A stretch of DNA of 64,000 nucleotides from contig OZ199838.1 of NCBI GenBank assembly GCA_964304625.1, forward strand, positions 85,948-149,947, read 5' to 3'. A program made the translations under genes and the position numbers. This document shows positions 39,501 to 56,345 of the stretch, in pieces (the stretch's first letter is position 1; the number at the start of each line of letters is the position of its first letter). Under the pieces are notes generated by a model. The model searched no databases. It was not told the origin of the DNA and was given only the letters and a program-made list of their open reading frames with translations. This DNA comes from Kudoa neothunni. Lineage: Eukaryota; Animalia; Cnidaria.

Positions 39501-42500
39501 ATTGTGCGCGCGATTACGTGAAATTAGACATGACCGTTTTGACGCACTTTTTTTCTTGGTCCCGAGAAAAAAAAACGTGAAATTGGTTTCTCACTGTAAT
39601 AGCGTGAAAAATAATCTCTACAAAAAAAACGTTAATTTAATTCAGTTACTTAGTAGGAGGAATTTTTTACGAGAATTTCGATTAACCAATAATTATTTTC
39701 AAATAATCTGATATATTGTTAAGCTCAATCAATAATTAGTTTAATCCCGCCAAAAATAATGCTTTTTTCTCAATTATTGATAAATTTATTATTATTATTA
39801 TTATTCTGATAGGTTTATTTTAATTATAATTAATTAACACTCATATTGAGTGAGTTCGGAGTCATTTTTGACCCCAAACAATATAGAATTATATTAAACC
39901 CTTAATAGAATAAGAATAGGTGGTGACTTTGGGCTCCATGAATTCATCTGAGTAGGAAATTGAGCATAATTCATTCAAAAAAGTTTTTTTAAGTTTCTTT
40001 TGTCATGTAAATTTTTAAAATTTTATTTTACGTCTAATTGTAAATTTTCAATGAATTTGAAATTTTTTTTGTTTTAAGCCGATACTCAATAAAAAAGTAT
40101 TATGGATCGTCATAATGTGCTTTTTTTTATTTAAAGTTAATCTCACAGTTGCGCACTAATTAATCGATGTCCGGGCTTGAATTTCTCAAATCAACTCACT
40201 ACTCATTATTGACAAATTATTTGTGGGCTACTTTTAATTAATTTATTGTGTCGTATCAAAGAAGTCCGGAATAGCTGAAAAAATTAAATTAATAGCCGAC
40301 AAGAATTTTTATTGGACTTATCCGCTTCTCTGATTGAAAGCCATCATCTGAAGATCGAAAAAATTGGATGTTGACCCCCAATCAAACGTTCTCCTGAAAC
40401 AGTTAAGTTTAAATTCAATGAGAATAATACGTCATTTACGAAAGCTAACAATATAAATGCTCGGAAAACGATGTAATTTATGCCCTGCACGTACCATAAG
40501 GGGAGGGGAACAAGTGTGCAACAACATTATATGCAACGAGCATTCAATAATAACGTTAACCTGTTTGAATGTTCCCTAAAATAAGTTATTTATGTGTTGT
40601 GTAATTTTTATCGCGCTACAACGTATCAAACTGAGCAAATACGTCCTGAAATATAATCTAATAAAAGATAGAGATTAATCTGGATGGTCTCGTCGAGCCC
40701 AAGGTCCACCTATACCTATTAAGGGTTAAATCATTAACGATTCGGCATAATAAATAGATTTAAATATTTCTAAAGTTTAAGACCCTTCTAAGATTTTTTA
40801 AAAGAATCCAGAACAGGGATGGACATAATACACCAGTAATCGTGATGTTTCACTTGACTATTGAAAAAGAATAGCAAGTTTCCTTAAACATTTTTCTGTT
40901 TTTGATAGATTAGGTTTCTAAGATATTTTTAAAGTCAAACTAATATTGAACCACCTGTATACATCATAAAGCATAAAGCGGCCAAATTTTTTATACTCAA
41001 GTTTATTAATTTATTATGATAAAATTAGAATCACGAATAATTATTAAATTTTTTAAAGAATATTTGGACTGTTTGAGGAATTGAAACACACGGATTAACT
41101 GAAATACGCGGCATCACACAAGCTATGTAAGCTAAAAAATCGTTAAAAGAAACTTTCTTACTTCTATTTTTTAGAATCGAGCTTATTATAAACAGATGTG
41201 CTATATTTTAAGCATTATAATTACGCCAGCACAAACTACTTGATTCAATAATCTATACAAAACTCCATTAACCTTCTAAATAAAATGGGGTAGATTTTTA
41301 CCCCCATTTTTATTTGGAGGATGGTAAATTTTTCAACCTACTTATACTTAGATAGCTGATAAATGAGCCATTCAATTTTTAAATTTGTTTGTGAAAATTC
41401 AAGTTTGAAATATTTTCTATCGCTTTCTACTATACAACTATACGTATAAGAATAATTGGTACACGAAATAATCGTGCAATTCATTCACAATTTGTTTAAT
41501 TTAATCACGGCGAGTCCTGGAAAGCGAAAAATTGATTAAGGGTGCCTTGTTTATGATAAAGATTTGATCGGAATGTATCTATTTTTATATACTAGATCAA
41601 AGCTGTTTGTTTTATTTGTCATCATACCTTTAAAATACTCAAGGAATATAATTTAAAGCCTATATTAAATTTAAATTTAAATGCAATCCAGTTTATTTTA
41701 ATATTAAATTTGTTTTCAAATTTAGGTGATTACATTTATTTTCATAATAATCTGGATCACTTGGAAATATAATTCTTCAATTTGAACCTAGAAGAAAATT
41801 TATTGTTAGTTTAGTTGAAGAAGTCTAAATCAACATGGCATTGATAGCGTATTTTAGCTTTATCCAAATGTCACAAAAACCGAAATTTAAATTATAAGCA
41901 AAGATATTCTGTTTTTCCGAAAAATCTCGATAATTATTGTCAGCATATTTTTCCAAAATTGTATTTAAATAAATGATGTAAGGGCTCATTTATCGGCGTT
42001 GTGTGAAAATTGCATTCAAAATTATAATTAGATAATTATATTTCAAAACTTAATATGTGTGTCGTTTTTTATGGGGTAATTTATCTGTACAAATATTATT
42101 TTTACTCTGGTGTCAAAAATAACCTCAAAAACATTTAAAGATAAAAGTTGTCGATTCTGTAAGAGTGATAAATGCCGATTTCAATATTGAAGGCATTTTC
42201 TGCGTTTGTTTAGTTGCGTATTACCAGTAAATAATTTAAATATGTGAGAATGTTGATATTTATCAACATCTCTAGAAGGTATTTTTCAAATAAAATTTTG
42301 CTTCATTTTATTGATGTTTGGCTGTGTTGTATCTATGAGAGGTACATTGTTGTTTTTAATATATCTCCAATAATTTATGCCCTCTATCGTTGGACGAATA
42401 AGCCCAAAATATTAATTGCTCTGTATAAAATATTCTTTTGTATAATTTTTTTTAAGTTTTACTCTTTAAGTCGAGTTTAATGTAATTCTCCTAAAAAAAT

Positions 42501-45500
42501 CGATAAAATGTTGGGATTTTTTTCTTTGAACTTTTGAAAATTAAGATATTTTCAAAATGCTCAAGTTTTAGTTATTTCAAGTTGAAAGCATATGAGTTTG
42601 ATATAAAATGAATTAAAAGATTTATTTGAATTTAAAAATAATAATTTTTTATCAAAATTATTCCTACAATATATTCAAATTTCTATAAGAAATAAGTTGG
42701 TTTTTCGTCCCGAAAATACATGACATATGTCGTTATTCTATAAACCATTAGATTTTAAAATGTATTTTCTTAAAATATTATAAAAATCGTGTTAAAATGA
42801 TTTTTAATTTTGCTTCAAACGTGAAATGAAATTGTACGTGCTCATCGATACCGATTATTGCTTATTAGCGCATTCATATTGGAGGCTTAATTATGTCAGA
42901 TTTCGAATGAATATCGTCTAAATAATTCATCAAAATTTATATGTGCGTAAAAATAAAATAAGAATCTTACTGAACGATTTCTAAATTAAATCAAGAGAAA
43001 AGGAGCTTTGAATTTATCTTCTATTAAATAGGCGCTGAAAATTTTGAGTATTAATTATTGTGTTAAAAAATATTAAATTTATTAATTATGATGAATCGTG
43101 TTTTAATATTAAAAATAATAAATAATAGATATTGTAAATCATTCTAATATTTAATATAATAAATAATGAAATATTTAAGAAAAGTTAAAATCACAATATT
43201 CTATTAATTGCTAATATTTAATTCTAAATATTTTTTGTATAATTTTTTAAAGTATTTAAGGGTTGAAAGTTTTTGTAGATGTCGATTTTGAGTATAGAAA
43301 CTGTTGTTGATAAGAAATAGTTAATTATCGATGACTTCCTTAGTCAAAATTTGTCGAATGATGTGGCTTTATGCCATAAAGCATTTGTCATGACAGATAA
43401 TTAAATAAAAAAATTGTATTTTAACTTTAAATAGGAATTTTTCCTTAATTCAGAGCTGAAGTTTGTATGTGTATATGAAATTTATAATTTGTATTGTCAA
43501 AAGTTTTTTTTAAATAACCCCTTTGAAAATTGAAAGGTAATCTCATTTTTAGGCAATAACGATCAACTTTTGGGCAATCATATGTATAAGGATTTTGGAG
43601 TGGATTCTTTGGTGATAGCGATCAAAGTGGATGTCGATCGTTTGATTGTTCATTCATTACAACAAATGTATACGGTTGACGTAAAATTGAGGATCACAAC
43701 CGCAGTTCAACCTGAGTCCGTTCCACAACACGATAAAAAAAGCAATGGCACGCAACCAAATAATTTAGAAGCCAGTCACACTGACGACCAACAAAGTTCT
43801 AACGGCGCATTCGAACCTTCTGATTTCGTTAATAACAAATTTAAACGTCTCTTTCTTACCTATCTCACCGACAAGGAGACTGGCAACATTCATGTTGAAG
43901 GACTTTAGAAAGTTTAGTTGTGAGCTAATGTCCCAATCTTTGGCCTATATTAGTAACGAGATAACCACTGTCAATAGTTTCCAGCTCGGTTTCAAATGAT
44001 TATCACATTATAACGATGTTGTCTCGACTTCAATGTCATACTGAATTCTTGAATTTGGTTAGCAGTGGTGTTTTTGGTGGTTGAACTTTTTTGTATTATT
44101 TGAAAATGTGGAAAAGATTATCATAGCAGATCTTATTTTACAACAAAAACCAACTTTCCCTAACATATTCAATCAGGCTGAGAAAGTTTTTTCTAAAAGA
44201 AAAATTTAATTTGAGCCAAAAATGTTGACAAAATTGACCAATTTTTGGAGATTTTCCTTATCAAATCCATTAAAGCAGCCAACCAACCACAATTATCTTG
44301 GCATCAACGATTAACTACAACTTTGATTCCTCTTGTTAGAGTTTTATCAGTAAGAATTTTTCCAACTACTGTTTGTTGAGCGAATGTATATATATATATA
44401 TATATATTGCTTCCTTTTTGATTAGGAAATATGTAACAAATTCAACTCTTTGTATCTCCAATACAATGTTGCGCAGAATTTTTCGTCAAAGTGGTATCTC
44501 AAGAGTCCCATTTTGAAAACCCTTGTTGATTTCGTAAGTGATGAATTTGTCTAGTGATTTTGATGGTTTTTTTCTATTTTCAGATATTCTCATCACTTGA
44601 GATATATTATTCGATATATCCAAGCCTTAATCTAAAGTCAAGACTCCACTATTTCAAAAATCAATCCGGCGTAGAAAGTGTAGAAAACGGGTTAGAATTT
44701 TCTCAAAATATTCTAATCATTATTCGATTCCTCATGGAGAAACTCACGCTAATTCAACAAAGTGGAGGTTCCAAATTCAACCCTCAGCCAGATGATATTC
44801 GATTCGAGATAGCACAAAAAATTTGTATGTGTATTTTTTATTATATTTTCTAATTTATTTTTGAAGTTTCGCATAACGACGTACATGTCGCTATCAAATT
44901 GGCTGATGATTACGAAATATATTTGCTCATTTATCTAATTACTAAAGCCCCTGGATCCAGTTATGATTTAGAACACTACAAAAATAAACATCCAGTAATT
45001 CATTAATTAATCTTTATTTCACTAATTTTTTTAGATGATGGTTCGATTCATTCAAAATTACCTCATTCAAAAAAGTTCTTTTTTAATGGAAAATATTTAT
45101 TAGTTATTTATGCTTCTTTGGTGCCGTTTATCTAGGAATGTGGAAAGACTTGGAGCCCCATATTGACAACCCAGACAATGGTGATTGTTTCCTTGCCCAG
45201 CGCATTCCTGAAGCATTATGGATTTACAATTATAACCATAACGTCAAATCCGAGGTTCTGTCGATCGATTATTTATCTAATCTCATGTTTCTTTGGAATT
45301 AGGTTTCAGATTGTCTTCAAATGTGCGCGGATAATACCGATTATATAAAATGGAAAAAAGTCAGTCCAACTTGACCATCCTTTACTTTTCTATTAATGGC
45401 TCTTTTTAGATATATTTGTCGCTTAGCCTCATCAACCAAAAAGTCATGAATCCTAAAAAGTCTTGTGAGGGTAAGTTCACCTATTTATTATTACTAATTA

Positions 45501-47739
45501 AATACAGTAAATTCATGGTTTTGATTAATTTAATTTTTTTAATACTTGAAAAATTAATTTAATATTATCTTGATTGAATTTATTAAATTATTTTTAATAA
45601 TATTAATTTAATGTAAGCAGATTTATTTTTATGTATTGTATATGTAATTCGGTTTATATTATTTTGTATCCCCTCGTCTAATTTTTTTACCAATCTCCAT
45701 TTTGCACCAACCATTAATTATTTAAAGAGCTGTTGAAGATATATACTCAACAGTTGTAATCGGGATACATTTCTTAGTAATTAATCACTTAATTAGCACA
45801 GAGAAGAATCTGAAAATATTAAAAGTTATTGCATTTTGAATGTGTTCACGAATTGATGATATGTATATTAAATTTTTATTCTATTTCGGTCGGAATGAGT
45901 TTTTTTTATTCATTATTAATGACAATTATTTTTAATATTATATACTTTTAAACGACTCTAGACTTAGTTATGATTAGCTTTCTTATAAATATAAAATGGA
46001 ATATTGAAAAAAATATTGAAATGTCGCCAAAATACCGACTCACACTTATTACGCGGAACGCTTTGGATTAATTCATGATTTTATTGACACTCCTTCTTTT
46101 ATATTTATCAATATAAAAGAAGAGAATTATCTTAAGTGTTTATATCAATCTACAAAATGTAAAAATTTATTGCTTCAGTAGGAATTTAATTCTATGGATC
46201 ATTTGTGCTAGCGCATATTTTATTTCTTTATTAATTGGTATTTTTCTATTCAATCTGATTTTACTTTAAAATAAATTAAGAAAATTTATTAATCATGAAT
46301 ATTGTTTTTAAAGCTCACTTTTTTTCAGTTCACATCTTATTCTTTCTGATGTCTAATTTACCTTTATACTTAATAAATAGAAGCAATTGTTTATGTCAAT
46401 TGAATAAGATACCATCCATTATGTTGATGGAAGAACTTTTGTTATTTTTTATTGATTTTACGTTTTTTTAAATTTGTAATTCATAAAATATTACGTGTGT
46501 AAATGAATTAAATGCAATTATAGTCAAAATAATGAAGAATAAACTAATTATATTATGAAAATATATAAATGCATTTTTATTTCTATAATTACAATTATTT
46601 TAATTTAAAATACTACTATATAGTATTTTTCCTGTAAAATTTTTTAGAGATATTTTTTTCCTATATTATGCACATTTTGAGCTGTTTTTCTTGAATGGCA
46701 ATTAAAAATATGACAATACTGAAATAATTAACACAGTAGTAATATGAGGAATTATTTGTATTAATTAGCGTTGTAGTTTGTAATGGAGGTTGTTATTTGT
46801 ATCTTATTTTTAAGCATCAATAAAATCATATTTGACTTTTTAATTAAGCAGTTTAATTAAAATATTGTTTAAAAAATATTTTCTATATGTGTTTTTCCAA
46901 AGGATGTTTTAACCCGATATTTCGTAATATCTTATTTCATATATTATATAATATTCTAAATAATAGTGTAATAATATATTATTATATTCATTTTTTTATT
47001 TTTTAAACAGTGAGTTATTGATTATTCTGGATACGTTATCTCGTCAATATTATTATTAATTGGTTGCTCTTTAGATTTAAAGAACCAGTTGAAATTTGTT
47101 GAATTTCAAGAGATCATGTTGAATAATGATGAAAATGTATGTAATGGATGGTGATTTCGTGATTATGAAATCTATTAGGGCACTGATCAACCAATGAAAT
47201 GTCTTTCGTTTGATGAACTATTTGGGACATTTTCTGCGAAGCCCATGCTTTCTGTTGAAGATGTCCTTTGCTTTTTCACCGTGCTTTCTTCTAACGTACA
47301 TTATTTTACGAATAATCAGTGCTAATTGAATGTCAATAATGTCCAATATTAGATTTATGCTTTTGAAACCTACAAAAACCGTGTCTGGCTGAACGTGATT
47401 CAGAGAGACTTGTATGTTTTGTTTTGTTTTTTCGTTTATTGGTTTAACAACACGTTAATCCCACATTTAGAGACATTCTGAGTACAAATTCAGACTCTTC
47501 CAACTCATCCTCGAACAACCTGTTAGACACATTGTTCTACAAATGCCTCTATTTAATGCACAACAGTATACATTTAGTGTGTTTTGCAGTTTGTGTTATA
47601 ACCTCTAGAGTGTCCTGAAATAGACTTCCTCCCCCAAGATATTGATAAAATTATCAAAGATGCGTTTGCGTTTGATCCCGAAATTGAATCTGAAATTTTA
47701 AAAAATGCGAACGATGTCCTTCGTTTGTCAACATTTTGA
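36566..47739 (+). CDS. NUP133: Nuclear pore complex protein Nup133-like, highly diverged, multi-exon
   Basis: Ordered resemblances to Nup133: LPLQI, EIDDNDCVWLI..HIYLWNY, DGQIRYWSNI, FISRGIKSFL near the N-terminus and VWLNVIQRD, DTLFYKCL, DFLP near the C-terminus. Many tiny introns plus large introns at ~38420-43270 and ~45470-47075. The start codon and several junctions are uncertain. The assignment is from motif memory, not a search. Confidence 0.65.
37490..37712. repeat. AT-only compound micro/minisatellite, (TTA)n with recurring (ct)aaattaaatta units
   Basis: Directly visible. It lies in an intron of the Nup133-like gene. Confidence 0.95.
39117..39178. repeat. 8-bp tandem repeat (G(A/C)AATTGT)n, about 7 copies
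   Basis: gcaattgtgaaattgtgaaattgtgaaattgtgaaattattaaattgtgcaattgtgcaatt. Confidence 0.9.
39899..40725 (+). mobile_element. piggyBac internal-deletion derivative
   Basis: Matching ends cccttaatag..ataggtgg..ttgggctc on both sides, TTAA on the right and TTAAA on the left. It retains the C-terminal CRD RKRCNLCP..VCNNIICNEHS...C. An orphan piggyBac-type end (TTAA cact..ggagtcatttttgacccc) lies just left at ~39837. Confidence 0.8.
41271..41322. mobile_element. piggyBac terminal fragment with long subterminal hairpin (family of the 26630 and 57362 elements)
   Basis: TTAA|ccttctaaataaaatggggtagatttttacccccatttttatttggagg matches the left ends at 26630 and 57362. The partner end is unclear, possibly ~42100-42170. 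Confidence 0.6.
41505..42010 (+). mobile_element. hAT (GTF2IRD2/SPIN-type) internally deleted transposase remnant
   Basis: N-terminal ASPGKRKID..KAVCL.CHHTFKILKEYNLK joined to a decayed dimerisation-domain-like tail (YCQHIFSK..RAHLS). Confidence 0.55.
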
Positions 47740-50234
47740 TTTACTGTGTGATTAATCTAACCAATATTGTCAGTTTTATTAAATGTGTTTTTTTGAGTTC
47801 TAACTTAGGCAACCAGTTTGGCGCATTTTTTAAGTTATATGACTGAAATATTTATTTGTTTTTTATATATGTTTTTACAGAAGTTTGACATAAGTTATTT
47901 AAAAAATACATTGAAAAAATTGCCAGATAATAAAATTAAAAGTCACGTGACTGTCGATTTAAATCTCTTTACTGGCACTTCTCTATCACTTGGTTAAATC
48001 TTTACTTAATGCCAAAAAATATCCAACATTTCGATCACCGGCGAATAGTACGATATTGTAATATAAAACTTTTTACCTAATGATGTGAAGGCTATTACCA
48101 TATCACATTTTAAATTATCGGTAATTATTGAGAATTAATTGAACAATTGTCTCCTGAGTTGTATTCGAAGAGTGATTATTAATTGAAAAATTTGTAAATA
48201 ACTAAAATAATAGTTCTCAAAAAAGTTTATCATTGAGAACAATCTCTAGAAATGAAATTTATTTTTAAAGACTATCACAAGTGAAAAATTAATAATAAAT
48301 ATTTAAAAGTATTTATTAGTGTTAATTTATATACAATTTGCAACATTGATTTACTTTCTTTAGCCAAATATAATTTTTTTGAATTAAATTATTTTTTCTT
48401 CATTTCCACAATTTTTAATGTAACGAAGAAAGATAAATACTGATTAAAAGGTTTCATTCAATGAACTAATACCTATAATAATATTCGAAGGTTTCTATAT
48501 CTTAAATTTTAGCTCAACCTTAAAACTAATTACATATTTTATTTTCTAATGTATTAAAATAAATATTTTTGTAGAATATATTATTGTACTTGTAATAAAC
48601 AAAACTCAAATATATGCGCTTAATTTGTTGTTATTTAAGAATTTTTTATAAAATCATGTTTTACAATTGATTTTTAAAATAGGCGTCAATATATGTTCTA
48701 CATAAATACAAAATATGATTAATTTTTTATGTCATGGCATATTGATGTCTACTCAATTTTATTTTCGGTCGAGATAGCATATGTTTTTCCTCCAAAAATT
48801 TATATTGAGGAAGTAATAGAAGAAAAAGAATCTCAATGTTTTATAGAAATAGACTTTTGAAATTTAATAATACCACAAATACATATTATACCTTTTTTAA
48901 TGTTTGATTTAAAAATTTTAATAAATCCTTTTAATGTTGATATCGTTTGAAAAATAATACATAATAAATTATCCGTGATACATGAAACTAGATTTATATT
49001 GAAATTTAGGTAATTTCCGAGTTACAGGTAATCATTCTTGAGAGTTTAATTCCTTCCACGAATTGCGGTTTATTGGTCATTGCGATACCGGAAATATTTT
49101 CTACAAAAAGAATATAAACTCTTTGTCTTATAGCTGACACAAAAACCATCATCCGATAACTGTATCGTTTTCACTCGCAGTAAGAATAATGAGTTTGACA
49201 ATAAGATTTGACGACAGTTTTTTGTTCTAAAAAATTAGTGATAAATATTTAAATTTTTGATTGATAAATATTGATAACTGATATTCTAAAAGGATGCCGG
49301 AATTCTTGGAGGTATAATTCACTTTAATTTCCTACGATGAAATAAAATTTAAAAACACTCATGAGTGGTACGAGGTTGTATGCCAAGAGCGGCGTCACAT
49401 TCCAATATTTTTACTTTTGGAGAAAGTAATTTTTTACTTGTTCGTTATTTATAGTAATAATGTAATAATTCTTTCAAAAAAAGGTGTCTCCATTTAAGTG
49501 TAGTTTTTTACTCTCGTCGGATTATCCAAACGGATCTCATAATTTATTTTTAAAAAATGATGATTATTTATAATGTATTCCCACATATTACATTGCCCTC
49601 TTCCATACAGAATGCCAATATTTAATAAAATCTTATTTGCATTGGTTTGTAAAAATGAGAAACGTTGTTTCTAATTTATTCAGTAATTGAAAAAAATTTG
49701 ACAGCTCAAGCTTTGGCGTGGTGTTTGACGAGAGCTTGTTGCTAGATAAACGCAATAACCATAAATAACGAAATTTGGGGTCGACAAGAGTAAGAGTTCC
49801 AAAAAGTAAGAATTTTTTCATTCTGAATCAACAATATATGCGTAAGGTATTTTTAATGGAAAAACTCTAAATATATTAATGAATGATTCAACAATTGGAA
49901 ATATTTCCCATCAGAATCTGATGTTGAACTCATATATGGTAATAAATGTGTCTTTAAAATAAATAAAATTACAAAAAGATTCAAGTCAGAACGAATCCCA
50001 TTCTATTTTGAAGATGCTGGATTTTTATTTATTTACAAAATTCAAAAGTCAATAATTTTGTCTTTTGGAACAATAAATTAATTATTGTAGGTTTAGTTTG
50101 AAAATAATAACAGGAAAACATCTGATATATCAAAGCGGCGACATGAAAAATAATAAAAATCAAATTTAATTTTCTAAATGGTTATAGTGCTCGAAATGGT
50201 TCGAAACTAAAAATCATAATAAAAATTATAAAAT

Positions 50235-53418
<3,184 letters not shown>

Positions 53419-53837
53419 CGGGATTGATAATTACAAAGTCACCGATCTCTTCAAAAATAACTCGATAACAGCGCCTATACTCAACCTATGCTCTATTCAC
53501 CTCCTATAATTATATTGATTCTATTATAGTTAAAAATGAAGGCTAACAAATTTGTTGTATTCTCAATACATAGTTATAAATGTTAATGCTCATAGTGACG
53601 ACATAATCTTACAATACGTTTGTGATTACACAATGACGTAATTTAACAAACGTGTGATTTTTTGTACAAACAATAAATCCAAAAATCCAAAACAACAATT
53701 TATATATTTGGCTTGTATTAGAGGTGGCGAAATCATAAAATACACACAATTTTTTAATCTGCGTGTCTTCCCGACCAATTCCGAGCTCTAAAGTCACGAT
53801 TAGATCCAACTGAAACGTTCATCTTTAAGATCTTACA
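53419..53837. promoter_or_regulatory. Putative bidirectional promoter between MAPK15 and eIF2-alpha
   Basis: Divergent start codons only 419 bp apart. Inferred from geometry, with no specific motif identified. Confidence 0.5.
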
Positions 53838-55145
53838 ATGGGAGTTAATTATCAAAGTTATACATGCCGCTACTACAAAAAAAAGTTCCCAGCCGTTGAT
53901 GAAGTGGTGATGGTGAATGTACGTTCTATAGCGGAAATGGGTGCTTACGTCAATTTACTTGAATACGAAAATATGGAAGGAATGGTTCTATTGAGTGAAC
54001 TGTCAAGAAGACGTATTCGATCAATCAACAAATTGATTAAAGTAGGCAAAAATGAAGCGGTTCTGGTTATAAGAGTTGACAAAGATAAATGTATGCTGCT
54101 GCTGCTGAATTAGGAATTTTTATCGTAATAAATGATTGATTCTCTTTAAATTTATAGCATATATTGATTTGTCAAAACGAAGAGTTGCGATTGAAGACAT
54201 TAAAAGATGTGAAGATCGTTACATTCGAGCCAAAACCGTAAATCATTCCTTCTGTTTATGGGAAATACATTTTCACCGAATTTTCCAACATTCAGGTTAT
54301 ATCCATACTTGGTAATAGTGCTGAGGTGCTTGGTATTACTCCTGGAGCCGATTTCGAAAACTTCGTCGAACGAACTGCTTGGGTTCTCGATGAATTGTAC
54401 AAAAATGTAGGTGGAGCGTATGAAGCTTTTAGACAATCACTTCTTGACGCCTCTATCCTAAAAAATTGTGATTTAACCCCAAAAGAGAGCGAAGTGTTGA
54501 CCGCCCAAATAAAAATTCGACTTGAACCTAAAAAAGTTAAACTTAGATCTGAGGTCGAAGTTGCTTGTTATCGTTTCGAGGGAATTGATGCTGTGAAAGA
54601 ATCACTAAGACAAGGTCTTAAAATCAACGAAAAATACGCCTGTCAGGCCCAAAACGAGTCCCAATCTGGCGACGAACGAGAAGGCGATGAGGTTGATACC
54701 AACACTATCAAGGTAGTTTTTACGTCCATCTCCCTTAAGCAAATCATCTATTCCATCCCTATCAATGCATTAATGTGCTGTTAAACTAATTTTTGATTCA
54801 AATTTATTTTAGATCAATTTGATCGCTCCTCCTGTCTACGTGATCACCATGACAACCTTCGAATCAGAAAAAGGACTACAAATAATGAGAGAGGCATTGG
54901 CTGCAATCGAAACCAAAATCAAAGAATACGAAGGTCACTTTAAAGTGAATATGCAACCGAAGGTTGTTTCTGAGTTTGATGACGCCGAGTTAGCAAGAAA
55001 AATGGCTGATCTTGAACGTGTGAATGCCGAGGTTGATGGTGATGACGAATCGGACGATTCAAATGACGGTGAAGATGATGATGACTTGGAATTGGACCCT
55101 CACGGCGTGTACGAAAGAATCGAAAGAGAATTAATAGAAAATTAG
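53838..55145 (+). CDS. EIF2S1: Eukaryotic translation initiation factor 2 subunit alpha, 4 exons
   Basis: [55 protein letters not shown] (Ser51 motif), [48 protein letters not shown]. The exons splice in frame. Confidence 0.98.
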
Positions 55146-56345
55146 AAGTTACAGTGATATTTTGTGAGAATTGGTTATTTGTGTGCGTGTATTTATCAAT
55201 TTCCGTGTGTCATATTTTTCTCCCTCAAATCTATATTTGTAAGAAATTTTTAAATATTGTGGATAATCCTCAACAATTTAATATGAACGATCCTACTTAT
55301 GGATTCAATTCAAGAACTTTATGAGATTATTTCTGGCCCCCATATTATTTATTTAGTCTTCCAACAATTTTGGGTCGTATATTTGTCAAGATGCATTTTA
55401 ATGGCACCTTATAATCTTTTATTGGTTTACAGAACACGTTAAATTTTAGTTTTTTCTATAAACGTAAGAAAAATATAATATATGTTCATATGTGGCAAAA
55501 GAACATTAAAATCTATATTCTGAAGCAGAGGTTGGCATCGACCGGTCCGCGATAAGATCGATGATGAAGATAGATTTTTTCAACACATAAAGAAGTTTAA
55601 TGGCAGGTTAAACGGAATTAATTAGGTACTATCCGCCTTCACTAAATATAAATATGTTAAAAACAAAATAGAGACAAAAATAGGCAGAGGTTATTGGCAC
55701 GGCAAAATTTAATCCTAAACGGCATGTACGCTTACACAAGAGGATTTTTTAAATCCAACAATCCCTACTTACAAGTATGTTAATGGATTTAATTTTTTAG
55801 AATCTGCTAGATTTAATTATTTCCACCTGAATATTATTTACCATGTTAATAGCCATTTCCATATCTATTATATTCTCAAACCAAATTTCTTACTTATTTC
55901 TACCGATTGATGGATACTAGCTCTAACGTGACGAATAGAAGCATTTAATTATTGGTCATTATGATTTAGAACTTCCTTTAAATATGGAAAATATTAAAGT
56001 ATATATAATGAAATAATGTAAACTTTGGAACAAAAAATTATATAAAATTAGCCATTCCCTCATAAAAAAAGTTGCATGAATATTATATTTTTCTAGAGTG
56101 GTCGTGAAATTATGATTTGGAATACCAAAATATAAATGTACTAAACCGCTTATAAATTTTATTGGAAAAATTCATTAAAATTAATGAATTTACAAATATT
56201 CTGACCCACCCTTTAGTTGGACGTAGCTATCCGGCTTTGTAACCCATTCAAGTTGCCTAACACGGTTCTAAAAATTAAGTGCTGTTTTAAATATAATTAT
56301 TTGGGACTTCTTTAAATGAATTAATGGACCACAAATAGTCAAACA

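Noticed and set aside
20605-47739. Alternative genetic code or stop-codon readthrough to explain broken ORFs
   Set aside because: Breaks are explained by short GT-AG introns and single-base indels. eIF2-alpha and the GalT core splice in frame under the standard code.
54200-54436. Antisense ORF overlapping eIF2-alpha, and similar short antisense ORFs (19626, 21893, 50742, 61066)
   Set aside because: These are shadow ORFs opposite real coding exons, with no independent evidence.
55300-55990. Possible LTR-retrotransposon RNase H/integrase debris on the minus strand
   Set aside because: The resemblance is too weak and stop-ridden to support a call.
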